Notes: generated by a model not told the origin, from the sequence alone. A stretch of 64,000 bases of DNA from Aquificota bacterium (GCA_015486015.1 WFSL01000036.1:30934-94933); one strand, 5' to 3'; shown: positions 38,347 to 49,628, counted from the first letter of the stretch. Translations and numbers: made by a program.

Positions 38347-39633
38347 ATGGACATCCTGGTCGTAGGGATAAATCACCGTACGGGCCCGGTGGAGCTGAGG
38401 GAGAAGTTGGCTATCAGCCAAGGGGAAGCCAAGGGGTTTTACAGTAAGCTCTTGGACTATCAAAGGGTCCGAGAGGCCCTCATCCTCTCCACCTGCAACC
38501 GGGTAGAGGTATACTCCTGGGCCAACAAGGGAGGAGAAGACCACATTATATCCACGCTGGAAGAGGTGAAGGGGGTGCCTGCCCAGGAGATCATGCCATG
38601 CCTTTACATCTACAGGGGAGAAGAGGCAGTAAAACATGTTTTTATGGTAGCCTCCAGCTTGGACTCCATGGTGATAGGAGAACCACAGATAGTTGGACAA
38701 GTGAAAGACGCATTTGAGAGCGCCCTCACATCCAATGCCACAGGTGTTATTCTGAATCAGCTTATGAAGAAGGCCCTCTCCGTCTCAAAGAGGGTAAGGA
38801 CAGAGACGGGGATAGGGGAAAGCGCTGTATCCGTGAGCTATGCCGCAGTAGAGCTGGCAAAAAAGATCTTCGGAGACCTTGCCAACAGAAGGGCCATGCT
38901 GGTGGGAGCAGGGGAGATGGCAGAGCTGGCAGCACAGCATTTAGTGCACCAGGGAGTTTCCCACCTTATCGTGGTGAACAGGACCCCCTCCAAGGCACAT
39001 GAGCTGGCCCAGAGGCTCAAGGGTGAGGCAGCAGGTATGGACCTACTGGAGGCAAAACTCATAGAGGTGGACATAGTGATCACCTCCACGGGGGCACCTC
39101 AAACGATTATCAGTCGAGAGACAGTGCAGAGGGCCATGAAGGAGAGAAAGAGGCGCCCCATCTTCTTTATAGATATTGCCGTACCCAGGGATGTGGATTC
39201 AGAGGTACAGCGGGTGGAGAACGTTTATCTCTATGACATTGATGACTTAGAACAGGTGGTGGAGGAAAACCGGAAGCGCAGGGAAAAAGAGGCTGCCAAG
39301 GCAGAAGCCATTGTGGAACAAGAGGTAGAACGCTTCTTCCAATGGCTCAGGGGCCAAGAGGTGGTACCTGTGATTGTGTCCCTGAGGAACTGGTGTGAGG
39401 AGATACGCCTAAGAGAACTGGAAAAGGCAAAGGCCCGCCTCCGTCTCAACGGAAAGGAGGCAAAAGCCTTAGAGGCCCTTACTGCAGCCATTGTAAATAA
39501 AATACTCCACCCACCCCTCTCTTACCTGAAGGACGCATCTGCACGGGGAGAAGGGGAAAAGATAGCCAAATTGGTGAGGGAACTCTTCTCACTGGAGGAG
39601 AAGGATGCGGATACGCATAGGGACCAGAGGTAG
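38347..39633 (+). CDS. hemA: Glutamyl-tRNA reductase
   Basis: 428 aa with GINHRTGPVELRE, LSTCNRVE (catalytic Cys) and GAGEMAEL (NADPH site). Confidence 0.95.
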   Translation: MDILVVGINHRTGPVELREKLAISQGEAKGFYSKLLDYQRVREALILSTCNRVEVYSWANKGGEDHIISTLEEVKGVPAQEIMPCLYIYRGEEAVKHVFMVASSLDSMVIGEPQIVGQVKDAFESALTSNATGVILNQLMKKALSVSKRVRTETGIGESAVSVSYAAVELAKKIFGDLANRRAMLVGAGEMAELAAQHLVHQGVSHLIVVNRTPSKAHELAQRLKGEAAGMDLLEAKLIEVDIVITSTGAPQTIISRETVQRAMKERKRRPIFFIDIAVPRDVDSEVQRVENVYLYDIDDLEQVVEENRKRREKEAAKAEAIVEQEVERFFQWLRGQEVVPVIVSLRNWCEEIRLRELEKAKARLRLNGKEAKALEALTAAIVNKILHPPLSYLKDASARGEGEKIAKLVRELFSLEEKDADTHRDQR

Positions 39634-40513
39634 CAAACTCGCTTTGTGGCAAGCCCAACATGTGAAAGAGATGATCGAGGAACGTTCCCACCATCAGGCA
39701 GAGCTGGTAATAATCAAGACAAAGGGGGACAAGATACAGGATACACCCCTGGCCAGGATTGGAGGTAAAGGTTTATTTGTCAAGGAAATAGAAAAAGCCC
39801 TCCTTGAAAACAGGATAGACATGGCCGTCCACTCTATGAAGGATGTACCCGTCGAGTTGCCAGGAGGATTAGAGATAGGTGCCATCCCACAAAGGGAAGA
39901 ACCTTGGGATCTATTAGTGGTGAAGGAGCGAGAGCACTTACAGAAACTCCCAAAGGGGGCCAAGGTGGGAACCTCCAGCCTTCGCAGGCAGGCTCAGCTC
40001 TTGGCTCAGAGACCCGATCTGCAAATTAGACCGCTAAGGGGCAACCTGGACACCAGATACAGGAAGCTGAGAGAAGGAGACCTGGATGCCATTGTGGTTG
40101 CCCTGGCTGGGGTGAAGAGACTGGGCATTAACGATCTCCCCCACAGGGTCCTTTCCCCCCAAGAGTGCCTCCCCGCCATAGGGCAAGGGGCCCTGGCTAT
40201 AGAGGTACGGCAGGGGATGTGGAGGGAGACACTACAAGCCCTCCATCACCCCTCCACAGCCGTGTGTATAGAGGCCGAGAGGGCCTTCCTTAAGTGCATT
40301 GGGGGCTCATGCCAGGTTCCAGTAGCAGCCTTAGGGAGAATGAAGAATGGTATTCTTGTGCTTGAAGGTCTCATCGCCACCCCCGACGGGAAGATGGTCC
40401 TCAGGGGGAATTTAAGAGGGGATCCTCAAGTGGCCAGGGACATAGGGAATCGCTTGGCCCAGGAGCTTTTGGCCCAAGGGGGCAAGGAGGTGATACGAGA
40501 CCTTGTAGGATAG
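39605..40513 (+). CDS. hemC: Hydroxymethylbilane synthase (porphobilinogen deaminase)
   Basis: 302 aa with IGTRGSKLALWQA, RGNLDTR and GGSCQVP (cofactor Cys). Confidence 0.95.
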   Translation: MRIRIGTRGSKLALWQAQHVKEMIEERSHHQAELVIIKTKGDKIQDTPLARIGGKGLFVKEIEKALLENRIDMAVHSMKDVPVELPGGLEIGAIPQREEPWDLLVVKEREHLQKLPKGAKVGTSSLRRQAQLLAQRPDLQIRPLRGNLDTRYRKLREGDLDAIVVALAGVKRLGINDLPHRVLSPQECLPAIGQGALAIEVRQGMWRETLQALHHPSTAVCIEAERAFLKCIGGSCQVPVAALGRMKNGILVLEGLIATPDGKMVLRGNLRGDPQVARDIGNRLAQELLAQGGKEVIRDLVG

Positions 40514-40520
40514 GAACGCT

Positions 40521-42197
40521 TTACCCTGATGGTTCATTCCTTTTTTCCAACTCCCACTTTCTCAACATCCACCGAAGGGGCTTCCCTGCAGGGGTCCTGG
40601 GAATGAAGTCCACAAAGAGTATATCATCTGGGACCTCATAAGAGGGCAAACGCTTTTTACACACGTGGAAGAGCTCCTCCTTGAGCCCAGGGTTTGGACT
40701 TATGCGGGGTCTGAGAGAAACAAAGGCCAAAATCCTGTTTCTCCCCTCTATCTCCTCCTCCACTACCCCCGCATCATCCACCAAGGGGTGGTCCTTCAAG
40801 GCGTCCTCTATTTCTAAGGGGCCTATCTTATGGCCCTCCTTGAAGAGGAGATCCTCCTCCCGAGAAATGAAGTATAGATACCCATCCTTGTTTTTAACCA
40901 TCACATCCCCTAAGGAGGTATACCCATCTATAACAGCCCTCTCCTGTGCACGAAGCAACCTCCCATCGTCTGCATGTGGCTTCCAGTAAATGGCCCCGGT
41001 TGGCCCTTTCACCAACTTTCTCCCCATTTCACCAGGCCTGCACTCCATCCCATCATCCCTAACCAACCTCACCTCGAACCCTGGGATAGGCACACCCACC
41101 GATGCCGCTCTTGGCTTCATACTGACAGCATTGGAAGCTACCAAATGCAAAAACTCCGTGGCACCTAACCCCTCCATAAGGGGGAGGCCTGTCCTCCTCA
41201 GCCACTCCTGGTAAACCCTCACCCCCAAAGTACTCCCCCCTGTGGTGCACAGCCTCAAACTGGACAAGTCAAATGCCTCAAAATCCGGCGTCTCCACGAG
41301 CCTTTGATATGTACTACTCAACCCCGTAAGTACTGTAACCCTGTGCTCTTCCAGCTTCGTGAGCATCTCCTCCGGAACAAATCTGGGGACAAGGGAAACC
41401 GCCGCCCCAGCCCAGAAAGGGATAAGGCAAAATGTGCCATAGCCTGCTGCAAAGGTAACGGGAGCAGAACCACCAATGACATCGCCTTTGACCAGGCGCC
41501 AGACATATTTATTGACTAAGTAACACTCCGTTAAGATGCTTTTGACCAGGTGAACGCACCCCTTGGGCCTACCAGTAGTACCAGAGGTGTGCAGGATTAC
41601 GCCCACATCGTCCAGGGCTACATCTTCCAAGATATAGACATCGCTACCCCTTTCCAGCATCTCCTCTAAGGAGAGGCAGCCCTCCTCCCGAACCACCTGA
41701 GCAGGTGCCCTTACCAGAACCACGTGCTCAATGCGTTCGAGTTTCCCCAAAATGGGTTGGATATTTCTATAAAAGGAGTGGCTCACCACTAAGCAACGGG
41801 CCTCCACATTATTCAGAATGGAGAGCATATTCTCCTGGGTCCAGAAGGGCGAGGTGGGTACCGGTATAGCCCCCAGACGAGAGATGGCAAAGTTCACCAT
41901 GATGGCCTCTGGGGAGTTGAACAGCATATATGCTACCCTACTTTCCTTCCCTATGCCCCTCTCTGCCAAGGCATTCGCTATTCTTAAGGAGCCAGAGTAT
42001 ATCTCCCCATAGGTATATCGAGTATCGCGGAAATAAACCGCCACCTGTTCCCTATCTCCACCTTCCACATGGCGGTCCAGGAGTGCATAGGCCAGATTGG
42101 CTTTCGGAGGGAAAACCATCTCGCTGGGAATTACAATCTCCGGCCACAGATGCTTAGGTGGCAGATGATACTCCTCAACGATCCTCCCCATTCCCAC
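40521..42197 (-). CDS. AMP-dependent acyl-CoA synthetase/ligase (aryl/medium-chain type; substrate unknown)
   Basis: 558 aa with ILHTSGTTGRPKG, YGATE-like GLGATE, and a C-terminal IPRTPAGK. Confidence 0.85.
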   Translation of the reverse strand: MGMGRIVEEYHLPPKHLWPEIVIPSEMVFPPKANLAYALLDRHVEGGDREQVAVYFRDTRYTYGEIYSGSLRIANALAERGIGKESRVAYMLFNSPEAIMVNFAISRLGAIPVPTSPFWTQENMLSILNNVEARCLVVSHSFYRNIQPILGKLERIEHVVLVRAPAQVVREEGCLSLEEMLERGSDVYILEDVALDDVGVILHTSGTTGRPKGCVHLVKSILTECYLVNKYVWRLVKGDVIGGSAPVTFAAGYGTFCLIPFWAGAAVSLVPRFVPEEMLTKLEEHRVTVLTGLSSTYQRLVETPDFEAFDLSSLRLCTTGGSTLGVRVYQEWLRRTGLPLMEGLGATEFLHLVASNAVSMKPRAASVGVPIPGFEVRLVRDDGMECRPGEMGRKLVKGPTGAIYWKPHADDGRLLRAQERAVIDGYTSLGDVMVKNKDGYLYFISREEDLLFKEGHKIGPLEIEDALKDHPLVDDAGVVEEEIEGRNRILAFVSLRPRISPNPGLKEELFHVCKKRLPSYEVPDDILFVDFIPRTPAGKPLRWMLRKWELEKRNEPSG

Positions 42198-42203
42198 CTC
42201 CTA

Positions 42204-43430
42204 TTAGGCGCCGAATTTTCTCAGCTTCAGCGCATGGGCCATCATCAGTGGTAAGGCCTCCATCGCTGGGAAACGTCCGAGACACCCCTCTGCACATGCC
42301 CTCTCAGAAAAGGCCTGATGAGGCATCCTCCTCACATAGGGAGAAGATAGGAGAAAGGGATTAGGATGCCAGCTATGCCCTTTGAGCAGGGCGGGTGTGG
42401 AATGATCCCCTGTGATTACCAATACGTCGGGCTTCAAGGCAAGGATGCGGGGAAGCATCTCGTCAAACTCCTCTATCACCCCCACCTTTGCAGGAAAGTT
42501 CCCATCCTCCCCATAAGAGTCTGTCTTCTTCACATGGAAGTAAAAGAATGTATACTTATCCCAGTGCCTCTCAAGGGTCTCCACCTCTTGCTCCAATTCC
42601 ATCCCCCCTATGGAGAGGACCTCCATACCCACGAGTCTTGCCAATCCACGATACATGGGGTACGTGGCTATGGCACCAGCCTTCAACTTGAAAAGTTCTT
42701 CCATGGATGGTATGTGGGGCACCTCCGAGAAGCCCCTCAAGAGCACAAAGTTGGCCCTCTCCTCCTTGCTAAGGACCTCTCTCACACGGGTGAGGAGCTC
42801 CTCCACCACCTGCACTGTCCTCTCACCCTCTTGGCAGGTTGCCACAGGCGGATATGGTTCCACACCCTCGTGCTGAGGGTCTGTGTCCGCTATACATCCA
42901 CAAAGCCCCTCACCCCGTAAGCGGAGGGCAAAGCGATGCTCCATCCCAGGAGTGAAAAGCACCTCTACATCCTGAATCTCACCTATGGCTTCTTGAAGCC
43001 TGACGCAGAGCTCCCGGTTCTTCTCCGTGGGGATCCTGCCCGCCCGACGGTCCATCACCACCAACTGCCCTTTCCTCTCCTCCACGGTACAAAAGTTGCC
43101 CCTTATCGCCACATCCCCCTTTTGCAGCTCTACATCGAGACCGAGATTCTCCAGCACACCCCTTCCAATCTCATACCTCAGCGGATCATACCCAAAGAGG
43201 GCAAGGTGAGCAGGGCCTGAGCCAGGCGTAATCCCGTATGATACGGGATAGGTGAGCCCCAAAGCCGAGCGCCTTGCTAACCTATCCATGTTGGGGGTAT
43301 GGGCTACCTCAAGCTCCGTTTCTCCACCTTCGCCAGGTAGCCCACCCAGCCCGTCCAATACCACAAGGAGCATCCTGCTCTCTGTCTCTACAGATAGCCC
43401 TCTAAGAAGCGACTCACGATCCATATGCAC
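42204..43430 (-). CDS. apgM: Cofactor-independent phosphoglycerate mutase, archaeal ApgM type
   Basis: 408 aa with [13 protein letters not shown] and ITGDHSTP, the alkaline-phosphatase superfamily metal ligands. Confidence 0.85.
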   Translation of the reverse strand: MHMDRESLLRGLSVETESRMLLVVLDGLGGLPGEGGETELEVAHTPNMDRLARRSALGLTYPVSYGITPGSGPAHLALFGYDPLRYEIGRGVLENLGLDVELQKGDVAIRGNFCTVEERKGQLVVMDRRAGRIPTEKNRELCVRLQEAIGEIQDVEVLFTPGMEHRFALRLRGEGLCGCIADTDPQHEGVEPYPPVATCQEGERTVQVVEELLTRVREVLSKEERANFVLLRGFSEVPHIPSMEELFKLKAGAIATYPMYRGLARLVGMEVLSIGGMELEQEVETLERHWDKYTFFYFHVKKTDSYGEDGNFPAKVGVIEEFDEMLPRILALKPDVLVITGDHSTPALLKGHSWHPNPFLLSSPYVRRMPHQAFSERACAEGCLGRFPAMEALPLMMAHALKLRKFGA

Positions 43431-43587
43431 CCCCTTTTTCTGCCCTGAGAGATTGCCAATCTTTATTAGTATACCAGGATGCCTTAACCTCCACTATTCA
43501 AATATCCACATCCCCACCCCTGGATGTCAAGGAAAAGGAACCTCATGGTATTGCCAACATAGGCCCCATTATGAGAAGGATTATTTG

Positions 43588-44010
43588 ATGAGCAGGCCAT
43601 CATTGGATAAAATTTTGCTGAGGATATCCTCCAGCCCCTTGGTGAGGCTATTGGGGATAGAGATCGTGAAAGCTGCAAGTGGATATGCACTTGTGGCCCT
43701 AAACGTGAAAGAAAGGCACCTTAATAGCTTGGGTACCCTCCATGGTGGAGTAATAGCCTCCCTAAACGATGTGGCTTGTGGCATTGCCGTAAATACCCTC
43801 CTTACGCCAGGATTCACTGGGGTAAGCCTGGACCTAAGGGTGGAATTCATCAACCCTGCAGGCATAGGCAAGGTTCACTGCGAAGCACGGGTCTCTGAAA
43901 AGAAGACCAGGGTAGCATTCGCCTCCTCTAAAATGAGGGATGAGGAAGGCAACATCATTTCCACAGCCTCAGCCACTTACTTTATCAGGCCCTTCGAGGA
44001 GAATGGGTAA
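43588..44010 (+). CDS. PaaI-family hot-dog thioesterase
   Basis: The track ORF starts at 43252, inside the divergent apgM gene. The domain itself (LLGIEIV...GTLHGGVIASLNDVACG) begins at ATG 43588. Confidence 0.75.
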   Translation: MSRPSLDKILLRISSSPLVRLLGIEIVKAASGYALVALNVKERHLNSLGTLHGGVIASLNDVACGIAVNTLLTPGFTGVSLDLRVEFINPAGIGKVHCEARVSEKKTRVAFASSKMRDEEGNIISTASATYFIRPFEENG

Positions 44011-45005
44011 TGGAGGCGGACCTGGCCAAGAAGATAGAAGAACTCCAGAGATACGGGTTTTCATTTGCTCCCGGTCAGATCATAGCAGCGGCCATCCAAC
44101 TCGAAATCTTTCCATTGATTGAACAGGCCAAAACCCCCGAGGAAGTGGCCAGAGAGAGGGGAATGTCCATCAAGGGGGTAAGGCGCCTACTCGATGCCCT
44201 AAGGGCACTTGGCATTCTCATCGAGACCGAAGGAAGCTATAAGATTGAACCCCAACTCAGGGAGCTCTTTCTGCCAGAGTCACCCCTCTACATGGGCTCC
44301 TACTTCCTCCACCTTCAGGCACTGCACAAGCTGTGGAGCCACCTTCCACAGTCAGTGATCTCCGGCAGGCCGGTGGAGAGGAAAAGGGATCCCAAGTTTC
44401 CTGTAAACATTGCCAAGGGCCTCTTCCCCCTTAACTGGTTCCAGGCATTAATGCTTGGAAAACAAAAAGAACTTCCTGAGAGGGGTAACGTCCTGGATGT
44501 AGCTGGGGGATCTGGAGTATGGAGCAGTGGCATACTCATCCATCGCCCTGAACTCAAGGGGACCCTCTTGGACCTTCCACCTGTAGTGGAAGAGGCTGCT
44601 AAACCTACCCTAAAAAGGATAGGCCTGCTATCCCGATACACGTTCATTCCAGGCGACATGTTCGAAACCCCTTGGGGGGAAGGGTACGCATGTGTGATAC
44701 TGGGCCACATCTGCCATGCCTTGGGTGAAGACGGAATAGTGGTCCTGATAGAGAAGGCCAGGAAAGCCTTAGCCCCCCAAGGCATCTTGATCATCATAGA
44801 CTTCTTTCCCACACCAGAGGGCACCTTTTCCAGCATCTTTGCCCTCAACATGTTACTGGCCACTGAGCAGGGGGGAGTACATGACCAAGAGACGTACGAG
44901 CGCTGTCTTCGCAAGGGGGGATTTTCACTCCAGAAGCTCATACCCCTAACAGATTCCAGGGGAAGCACCGCTATTATCGCCACCCCAGGTACGCCGCTAC
45001 GATGA
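44010..45005 (+). CDS. Class I SAM-dependent O-methyltransferase (Methyltransf_2-like, with N-terminal dimerisation/wHTH domain)
   Basis: 331 aa with VLDVAGGSGVWS (SAM motif I), then DMF and ILGHICH. Its start overlaps the thioesterase stop (TAATG). Confidence 0.7.
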   Translation: MEADLAKKIEELQRYGFSFAPGQIIAAAIQLEIFPLIEQAKTPEEVARERGMSIKGVRRLLDALRALGILIETEGSYKIEPQLRELFLPESPLYMGSYFLHLQALHKLWSHLPQSVISGRPVERKRDPKFPVNIAKGLFPLNWFQALMLGKQKELPERGNVLDVAGGSGVWSSGILIHRPELKGTLLDLPPVVEEAAKPTLKRIGLLSRYTFIPGDMFETPWGEGYACVILGHICHALGEDGIVVLIEKARKALAPQGILIIIDFFPTPEGTFSSIFALNMLLATEQGGVHDQETYERCLRKGGFSLQKLIPLTDSRGSTAIIATPGTPLR

Positions 45006-46058
45006 ACCCCCAGAAATCAAATCCAGCCCTTCCCCAGGGGAGAACCTGTAGATGGTTCCCCCCTGAGCAGTAACTACGGCAGGCTGCTCACCAAGGAGGC
45101 GCGCAGCGTTTCTAAGCAAGGCAGGAATAGACACTGAAAATGGCCATATCCCCTCCTGATCAAGAAAGAGAAGGGCATCAAATAGGGTGATCGCAGTGCC
45201 GAACAGCCTCCCATCTCGCCGCACTGTAGCCCCTCCCCTCTTCACTATCTCCACCCCCATCCATGACATACATTCCGGTCCCCCTGCAGCCAGTGGTGAG
45301 CCATCAGAGATGGGCAACAGCCCATCCGGTCCTTTCAGCTTCACTATCATCCTTTGCACCATGGGGTGCAGATGCCCAACCTCTGGAATGAACTCTACTG
45401 TAACCATGGGGTGGAGTAGGGCAGCGAGGGCCACACCAGGTGCCCGATGGTGCAGGGGAGACATGGCATTGAAAAGGTGAGTAACCAGCCGAGCCCCCCA
45501 GGCAAATGCACAGAGGGCCTCCTCTTCCGTGGCCTGAGTGTGACCCAGCGAGACTACCACGCCACGCTCCACCAAGGCAGGGATAATCCTCTTGGCTTCA
45601 GGCAATTCAGGGGCCACGGTCACCACCCTGACCAAGGGCCCGAACCTATCCAGAATAGAAAGAAAACCCTCAACGCTCCAATCACCGACACCTTCCATAC
45701 CACCCACCATCTCGGGATTGATAAATGGGCCCTCCAGATACACACCAAGGAGCCTTGCCTCACCCTCCCTGGGAGACATTTGCACATCCCCCAAGACAGA
45801 GAGGCTCGCCTCAAGTGCTTCAGGAGCCAATAGGGGTAAGGTGGCCAGGAGTGCCGATGTTCCCCTCACAAACTGGGCCCTTAGAGCCCCCCTCACCTCC
45901 TCCTCCTGAAGGGAGGCGAAAGCATATCCTCCTCCACCATGCACATGAATATCCCACAGGCCTGGAAAGAGAAAACCACCTTCACCCTCCGCCCTCAGCC
46001 CCCTCGCATCTATTATCGGAATCCCTTCCCGGCTCTGCACAGCCCCCATGCCCTCCAT
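44997..46058 (-). CDS. N-acetylglucosamine-6-phosphate deacetylase-like amidohydrolase
   Basis: Contains PGLWDIHVHGGGGYAF, then SLGHT and HLFNAM, as in NagA. The start is uncertain: an internal ATG at 46058 is preferred over 46148 because it avoids overlap with the divergent cfa gene. Confidence 0.6.
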   Translation of the reverse strand: MEGMGAVQSREGIPIIDARGLRAEGEGGFLFPGLWDIHVHGGGGYAFASLQEEEVRGALRAQFVRGTSALLATLPLLAPEALEASLSVLGDVQMSPREGEARLLGVYLEGPFINPEMVGGMEGVGDWSVEGFLSILDRFGPLVRVVTVAPELPEAKRIIPALVERGVVVSLGHTQATEEEALCAFAWGARLVTHLFNAMSPLHHRAPGVALAALLHPMVTVEFIPEVGHLHPMVQRMIVKLKGPDGLLPISDGSPLAAGGPECMSWMGVEIVKRGGATVRRDGRLFGTAITLFDALLFLDQEGIWPFSVSIPALLRNAARLLGEQPAVVTAQGGTIYRFSPGEGLDLISGGSS

Positions 46059-46114
46059 AGAGGTGATTGACAATTTCCCAAAATTAAGCAAATTTAAGGT
46101 AATAAAAAAAGAGG

Positions 46115-47416
46115 TTGGAAGTGAAGATGGTTCAAGATAATTTGTCACTGCTAAAGGAGGTCTTTTCAGAATACGAGCCCGCCTATTTTAAATTCAGACT
46201 CTGGAATGGGGAAGAATGGGCACCTCCAGGGCTAAAAGAGGCCAAGGCCACCGTTGTGATCAATAACCCCAGGATAATGGCCCATATCCTTGCCTTCCCC
46301 ACAGAATTGAGGATGGGCGAGGCCTATATCTATGGTGACATTGATATAGAAGGGGACATCTACGCGGTCTTTCCAGTAGAGAGATACCTAAGGCAGAAAT
46401 ACAAGAGACTTGTAACAAACCCCCTCTTCTGGAGAAAGGTACACAAGCTAAAAAGGAGCATACGGGACTTCGAAAGGCTTGAGGGTCGGCGCAAGGCCTC
46501 CTTGAAGGGAAAGATGCATACCATAGAGAGGGACCGCCAGGCCATATCATACCATTACGACCTGCCCCCAGAGTTCTATGCCCTCTACTTAGACCCTATG
46601 ATGAATTACTCCTGCGCTTATTTCCGCGATCCCCAAGAGGACTTGGCTACCGCCCAAAAAAATAAATTAGAGCTCATTTGTCGTAAGCTCAGACTCAAAC
46701 CAGGGGAACGGGTGCTGGACATCGGATGTGGGTGGGGAGGCTTTGTAGTATATGCAGCAAAGCACCATCGGGTCCGGGTCACAGGCATCACCCTCAGCGA
46801 AAAGCAGGCCCAGTATGCCCAAGAGTGGATAAAGAGGGAGGGGCTCCAGGACCTGGCCAAGGTAGAGCTCAAGGACTACAGGGAAATGCAGGAACTTGAG
46901 GCCTTCCACAAACTAGTAAGCATTGGAATGTTTGAACATGTAGGTGGTTCTATGCTCAAGACCTACTTTCGGCAGGCATGGAGGCTCCTGAAGCCTGGTG
47001 GGGCATTCCTCAACCATGGAATCGCCTCAGATTGGGGACCCATTCGCTTCAGGAAGTGGTCATTCACAGAGCACTATGTCTTTCCAGACGGTCAACTCGT
47101 ACCTATCAGCAAGACTCTCTCTATTGCTGAAAAAGCCGGGTTTGAGGTGAGGGATGTAGAGTCTCTAAGGGAGCACTATGCCCTTACACTCCGCCACTGG
47201 GTGAAGAATTTGGAAGCACATCAGGAGGAGGCCTTAAGGATAGTAGATCCCGTCACTTACAGGGTCTGGCACCTTTACATGGCAGGTGCATCACATGGAT
47301 TTGCTACAAACAGACAAGGTGTCTACCAAGCCCTCCTGATCAAAACAGACAGCGAGGGGAGACACCCCTTACCAAATACACGGGAAGACATTTATAGGGA
47401 ATGGCGCGTCTCCTGA
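46115..47416 (+). CDS. cfa: Cyclopropane-fatty-acyl-phospholipid synthase-like SAM methyltransferase
   Basis: 433 aa with [25 protein letters not shown] and MFEHVG. Confidence 0.85.
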   Translation: MEVKMVQDNLSLLKEVFSEYEPAYFKFRLWNGEEWAPPGLKEAKATVVINNPRIMAHILAFPTELRMGEAYIYGDIDIEGDIYAVFPVERYLRQKYKRLVTNPLFWRKVHKLKRSIRDFERLEGRRKASLKGKMHTIERDRQAISYHYDLPPEFYALYLDPMMNYSCAYFRDPQEDLATAQKNKLELICRKLRLKPGERVLDIGCGWGGFVVYAAKHHRVRVTGITLSEKQAQYAQEWIKREGLQDLAKVELKDYREMQELEAFHKLVSIGMFEHVGGSMLKTYFRQAWRLLKPGGAFLNHGIASDWGPIRFRKWSFTEHYVFPDGQLVPISKTLSIAEKAGFEVRDVESLREHYALTLRHWVKNLEAHQEEALRIVDPVTYRVWHLYMAGASHGFATNRQGVYQALLIKTDSEGRHPLPNTREDIYREWRVS

Positions 47417-47862
47417 GGCATAAATTCCCGGCGGAAGGGACCCATAAGAAAGGCCTCTAATGCATCAATAGAAGGGAACACACGCGAGGAGGTGATCCTC
47501 ACAAGCCAGTTTTCCACCATAGGGGTAATGGCCCAGACAGGGATGCCCTTCAGATAGGCCTCCCACATTTCGACTGCTGTACCCATAGAAGCGGATGGCA
47601 AATAGGCCACCAGCAAGGAGGAACTCCTTACGAGCTCTATGTGATGGATAAAGGTCTCCTTAGCCTCCTCATCCGTGTACTCCACACTCCCAGGATGATT
47701 CTCCACAGGGCAATAAATCTCCCACCTTGGAAACGCCTTAGCCAATATCTCCTTAAGCCTGGGACGATAATCCTGGCTCCAGACGTCCTTTCCTCTACAT
47801 GAGCCTTGAATGATCCCTGCTATAAAAACACGCTTTTCCACGAGAAATTTCATTATCCTCAC
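47392..47862 (-). CDS. Nucleoside 2-deoxyribosyltransferase / DNPH1 (Rcl)-like protein
   Basis: 156 aa. [10 protein letters not shown] near the N-terminus and [26 protein letters not shown] resemble the NDT/Rcl fold motifs. The assignment is tentative. Confidence 0.4.
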   Translation of the reverse strand: MRIMKFLVEKRVFIAGIIQGSCRGKDVWSQDYRPRLKEILAKAFPRWEIYCPVENHPGSVEYTDEEAKETFIHHIELVRSSSLLVAYLPSASMGTAVEMWEAYLKGIPVWAITPMVENWLVRITSSRVFPSIDALEAFLMGPFRREFMPQETRHSL

Positions 47863-47889
47863 TCTCCGCCAGGTGTCAACGATGACCTC

Positions 47890-48759
47890 CTAAAAGGTGT
47901 AGCCCAGCCCCTTCAAAAATTTCAGGGCCGTTTCTCCTGTGAGATTGGCCACAGTACCTTTGGAAAATCCCCAATGGGAAAGCACATCATAAACCTGCTG
48001 GAGGGTCCCTGCACCCGCAGGATGGTCAGAACCGAACATAATGCGGTGGCTCCATTGCTCCACCCTCTCCCCAAACCAATCAAGATTTAGGGACCCCCTT
48101 ACACCAGAGGGCCAATCCATCTGTATGTATGAAAACACATTGGTGGCATCAAGATACACATTCTCACTCTCCTCCAAAAAGGAAAAGGCATCTTCAAATC
48201 TGGGATAGAACATATGAATCACCACCAGCCTTAGCCTTGGGTAGCGCTTCAAAAGAGGCATCACCCTCTTAGGTGGCATGCTTTTCCCATAAAGCTCGTC
48301 AAAGCCTGTGTGAAGAAAGAGGGGGTACCCATGCTCCTCCAACCACTCGTAAACAGGGAAAAGCCTCTCATCCCATGGCTCAAAACCCTGCACAAAAGGA
48401 TGGAGCTTCACACCCCAGAATCCCTTTTTCTCCCCTAACCACCAGGATACCAGGTCCAACAGGTTGGAGTTCTCCACATGGAAGGAGAGGAACGGGACCA
48501 TTCCCCTCACCTGGGTCGCAACCTTAAGGGCAAACCTGTTTAGATGCCCCGTTTCAGAGGGTGCAAGGGGAAAATGGAAGGCAAAGAAGTGCTCTACCCC
48601 CTCTCCCCTGAGATCTTCCACCACATTCACCCAGGTGTAGTCTGGAGATACAGGGTGATGAGGAAAGGTCCTCCTCATCCAACGTATGAGCCCCGCCATC
48701 CTATATCTGGGCAAAATATGGACGTGAGCATCCACCCTCATGTTTTTAAATATTATCAA
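47890..48759 (-). CDS. Amidohydrolase-2 family metal-dependent hydrolase (TIM barrel)
   Basis: 289 aa with an N-terminal VDAHVH metal-binding motif, then HTG and a C-terminal FGSDHP. Confidence 0.7.
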   Translation of the reverse strand: MIIFKNMRVDAHVHILPRYRMAGLIRWMRRTFPHHPVSPDYTWVNVVEDLRGEGVEHFFAFHFPLAPSETGHLNRFALKVATQVRGMVPFLSFHVENSNLLDLVSWWLGEKKGFWGVKLHPFVQGFEPWDERLFPVYEWLEEHGYPLFLHTGFDELYGKSMPPKRVMPLLKRYPRLRLVVIHMFYPRFEDAFSFLEESENVYLDATNVFSYIQMDWPSGVRGSLNLDWFGERVEQWSHRIMFGSDHPAGAGTLQQVYDVLSHWGFSKGTVANLTGETALKFLKGLGYTF

Positions 48760-48838
48760 TGAGACTCCAATAGTTCAAACAACCCAGAAAAACAGGCCAC
48801 CCCTTTTGTTTTTGGGAGACTGGATTATCCTTTTATAT

Positions 48839-49588
48839 ATGGGAGAAAAGACTAAAGGTTTAACGTCAATAAAGATTGGGACCTCAGGATGGAACTATCC
48901 CCATTGGCGTGAGGCCTTCTACCCTCGTGGGCTCTCTTCCTCCCAATGGTTGGGATTTTACGCCCAACACTTTGAGACTGTAGAGATAAACGCCACCTTC
49001 TATGGACGCCCCAAAAACTCAACATTGGAAAGGTGGTACAAACGTACCCCACCAAACTTCACCTTCTCTGTAAAGGCCAATCGCTACATCACTCATATAA
49101 AGCGGCTCAAAGAGGTAAAGGAGGCTATGGAAAGGCTCTACAGAGACCTCGCCCCACTGAAGGGAAAGTTGGGGGTGCTCCTCTTTCAGTTACCCCCAAG
49201 CCTTTCATTCTCCTACGAAAGAATGGAAGAGTTCCTGAGACTCTTGGACCCAAGCATTCCTACTACCGTGGAAGTACGCCACAAGAGCTTCATCACGCAA
49301 GAGTTTTTTGACCTCTTGAGAAACCACCAAGTGGCATTCTGCATCTCAGACACTGCAGGGCACTACCCCTCTCTCGCGTACGAGATAACCGCAGACTTCA
49401 CCTACATCAGACTCCATGGCTCCAGACTACTCTATGCTTCCAACTACACTCTTGAGGAACTCTCTGAATGGGCGAACAGAATCAAGTCTTGGGGAGTAAA
49501 TGCCTTCGTCTACTTTGACAACGATGCCTGTGGATACGCCGTCTCCAATGCCCTGCAATTAAAGAAGATCATCGAAGCGCAAGGATAA
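48839..49588 (+). CDS. DUF72 domain-containing protein
   Basis: IKIGTSGWNYPHWREAFYP...EINATFY is typical of DUF72. The start is taken at ATG 48839, within the track ORF. Confidence 0.8.
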   Translation: MGEKTKGLTSIKIGTSGWNYPHWREAFYPRGLSSSQWLGFYAQHFETVEINATFYGRPKNSTLERWYKRTPPNFTFSVKANRYITHIKRLKEVKEAMERLYRDLAPLKGKLGVLLFQLPPSLSFSYERMEEFLRLLDPSIPTTVEVRHKSFITQEFFDLLRNHQVAFCISDTAGHYPSLAYEITADFTYIRLHGSRLLYASNYTLEELSEWANRIKSWGVNAFVYFDNDACGYAVSNALQLKKIIEAQG

Positions 49589-49608
49589 AAGGGAAAGCCC
49601 TTTCCCCC
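49587..49608 (-). terminator. Candidate terminator hairpin between convergent genes
   Basis: GGGAAA-GCCC-TTTCCC at 49591-49606. On the minus strand it is followed by TTTT (49590-49587), downstream of slyD. The stem is short. Confidence 0.35.
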
Positions 49609-49628
49609 TATTCTGGCCACCCACCACC

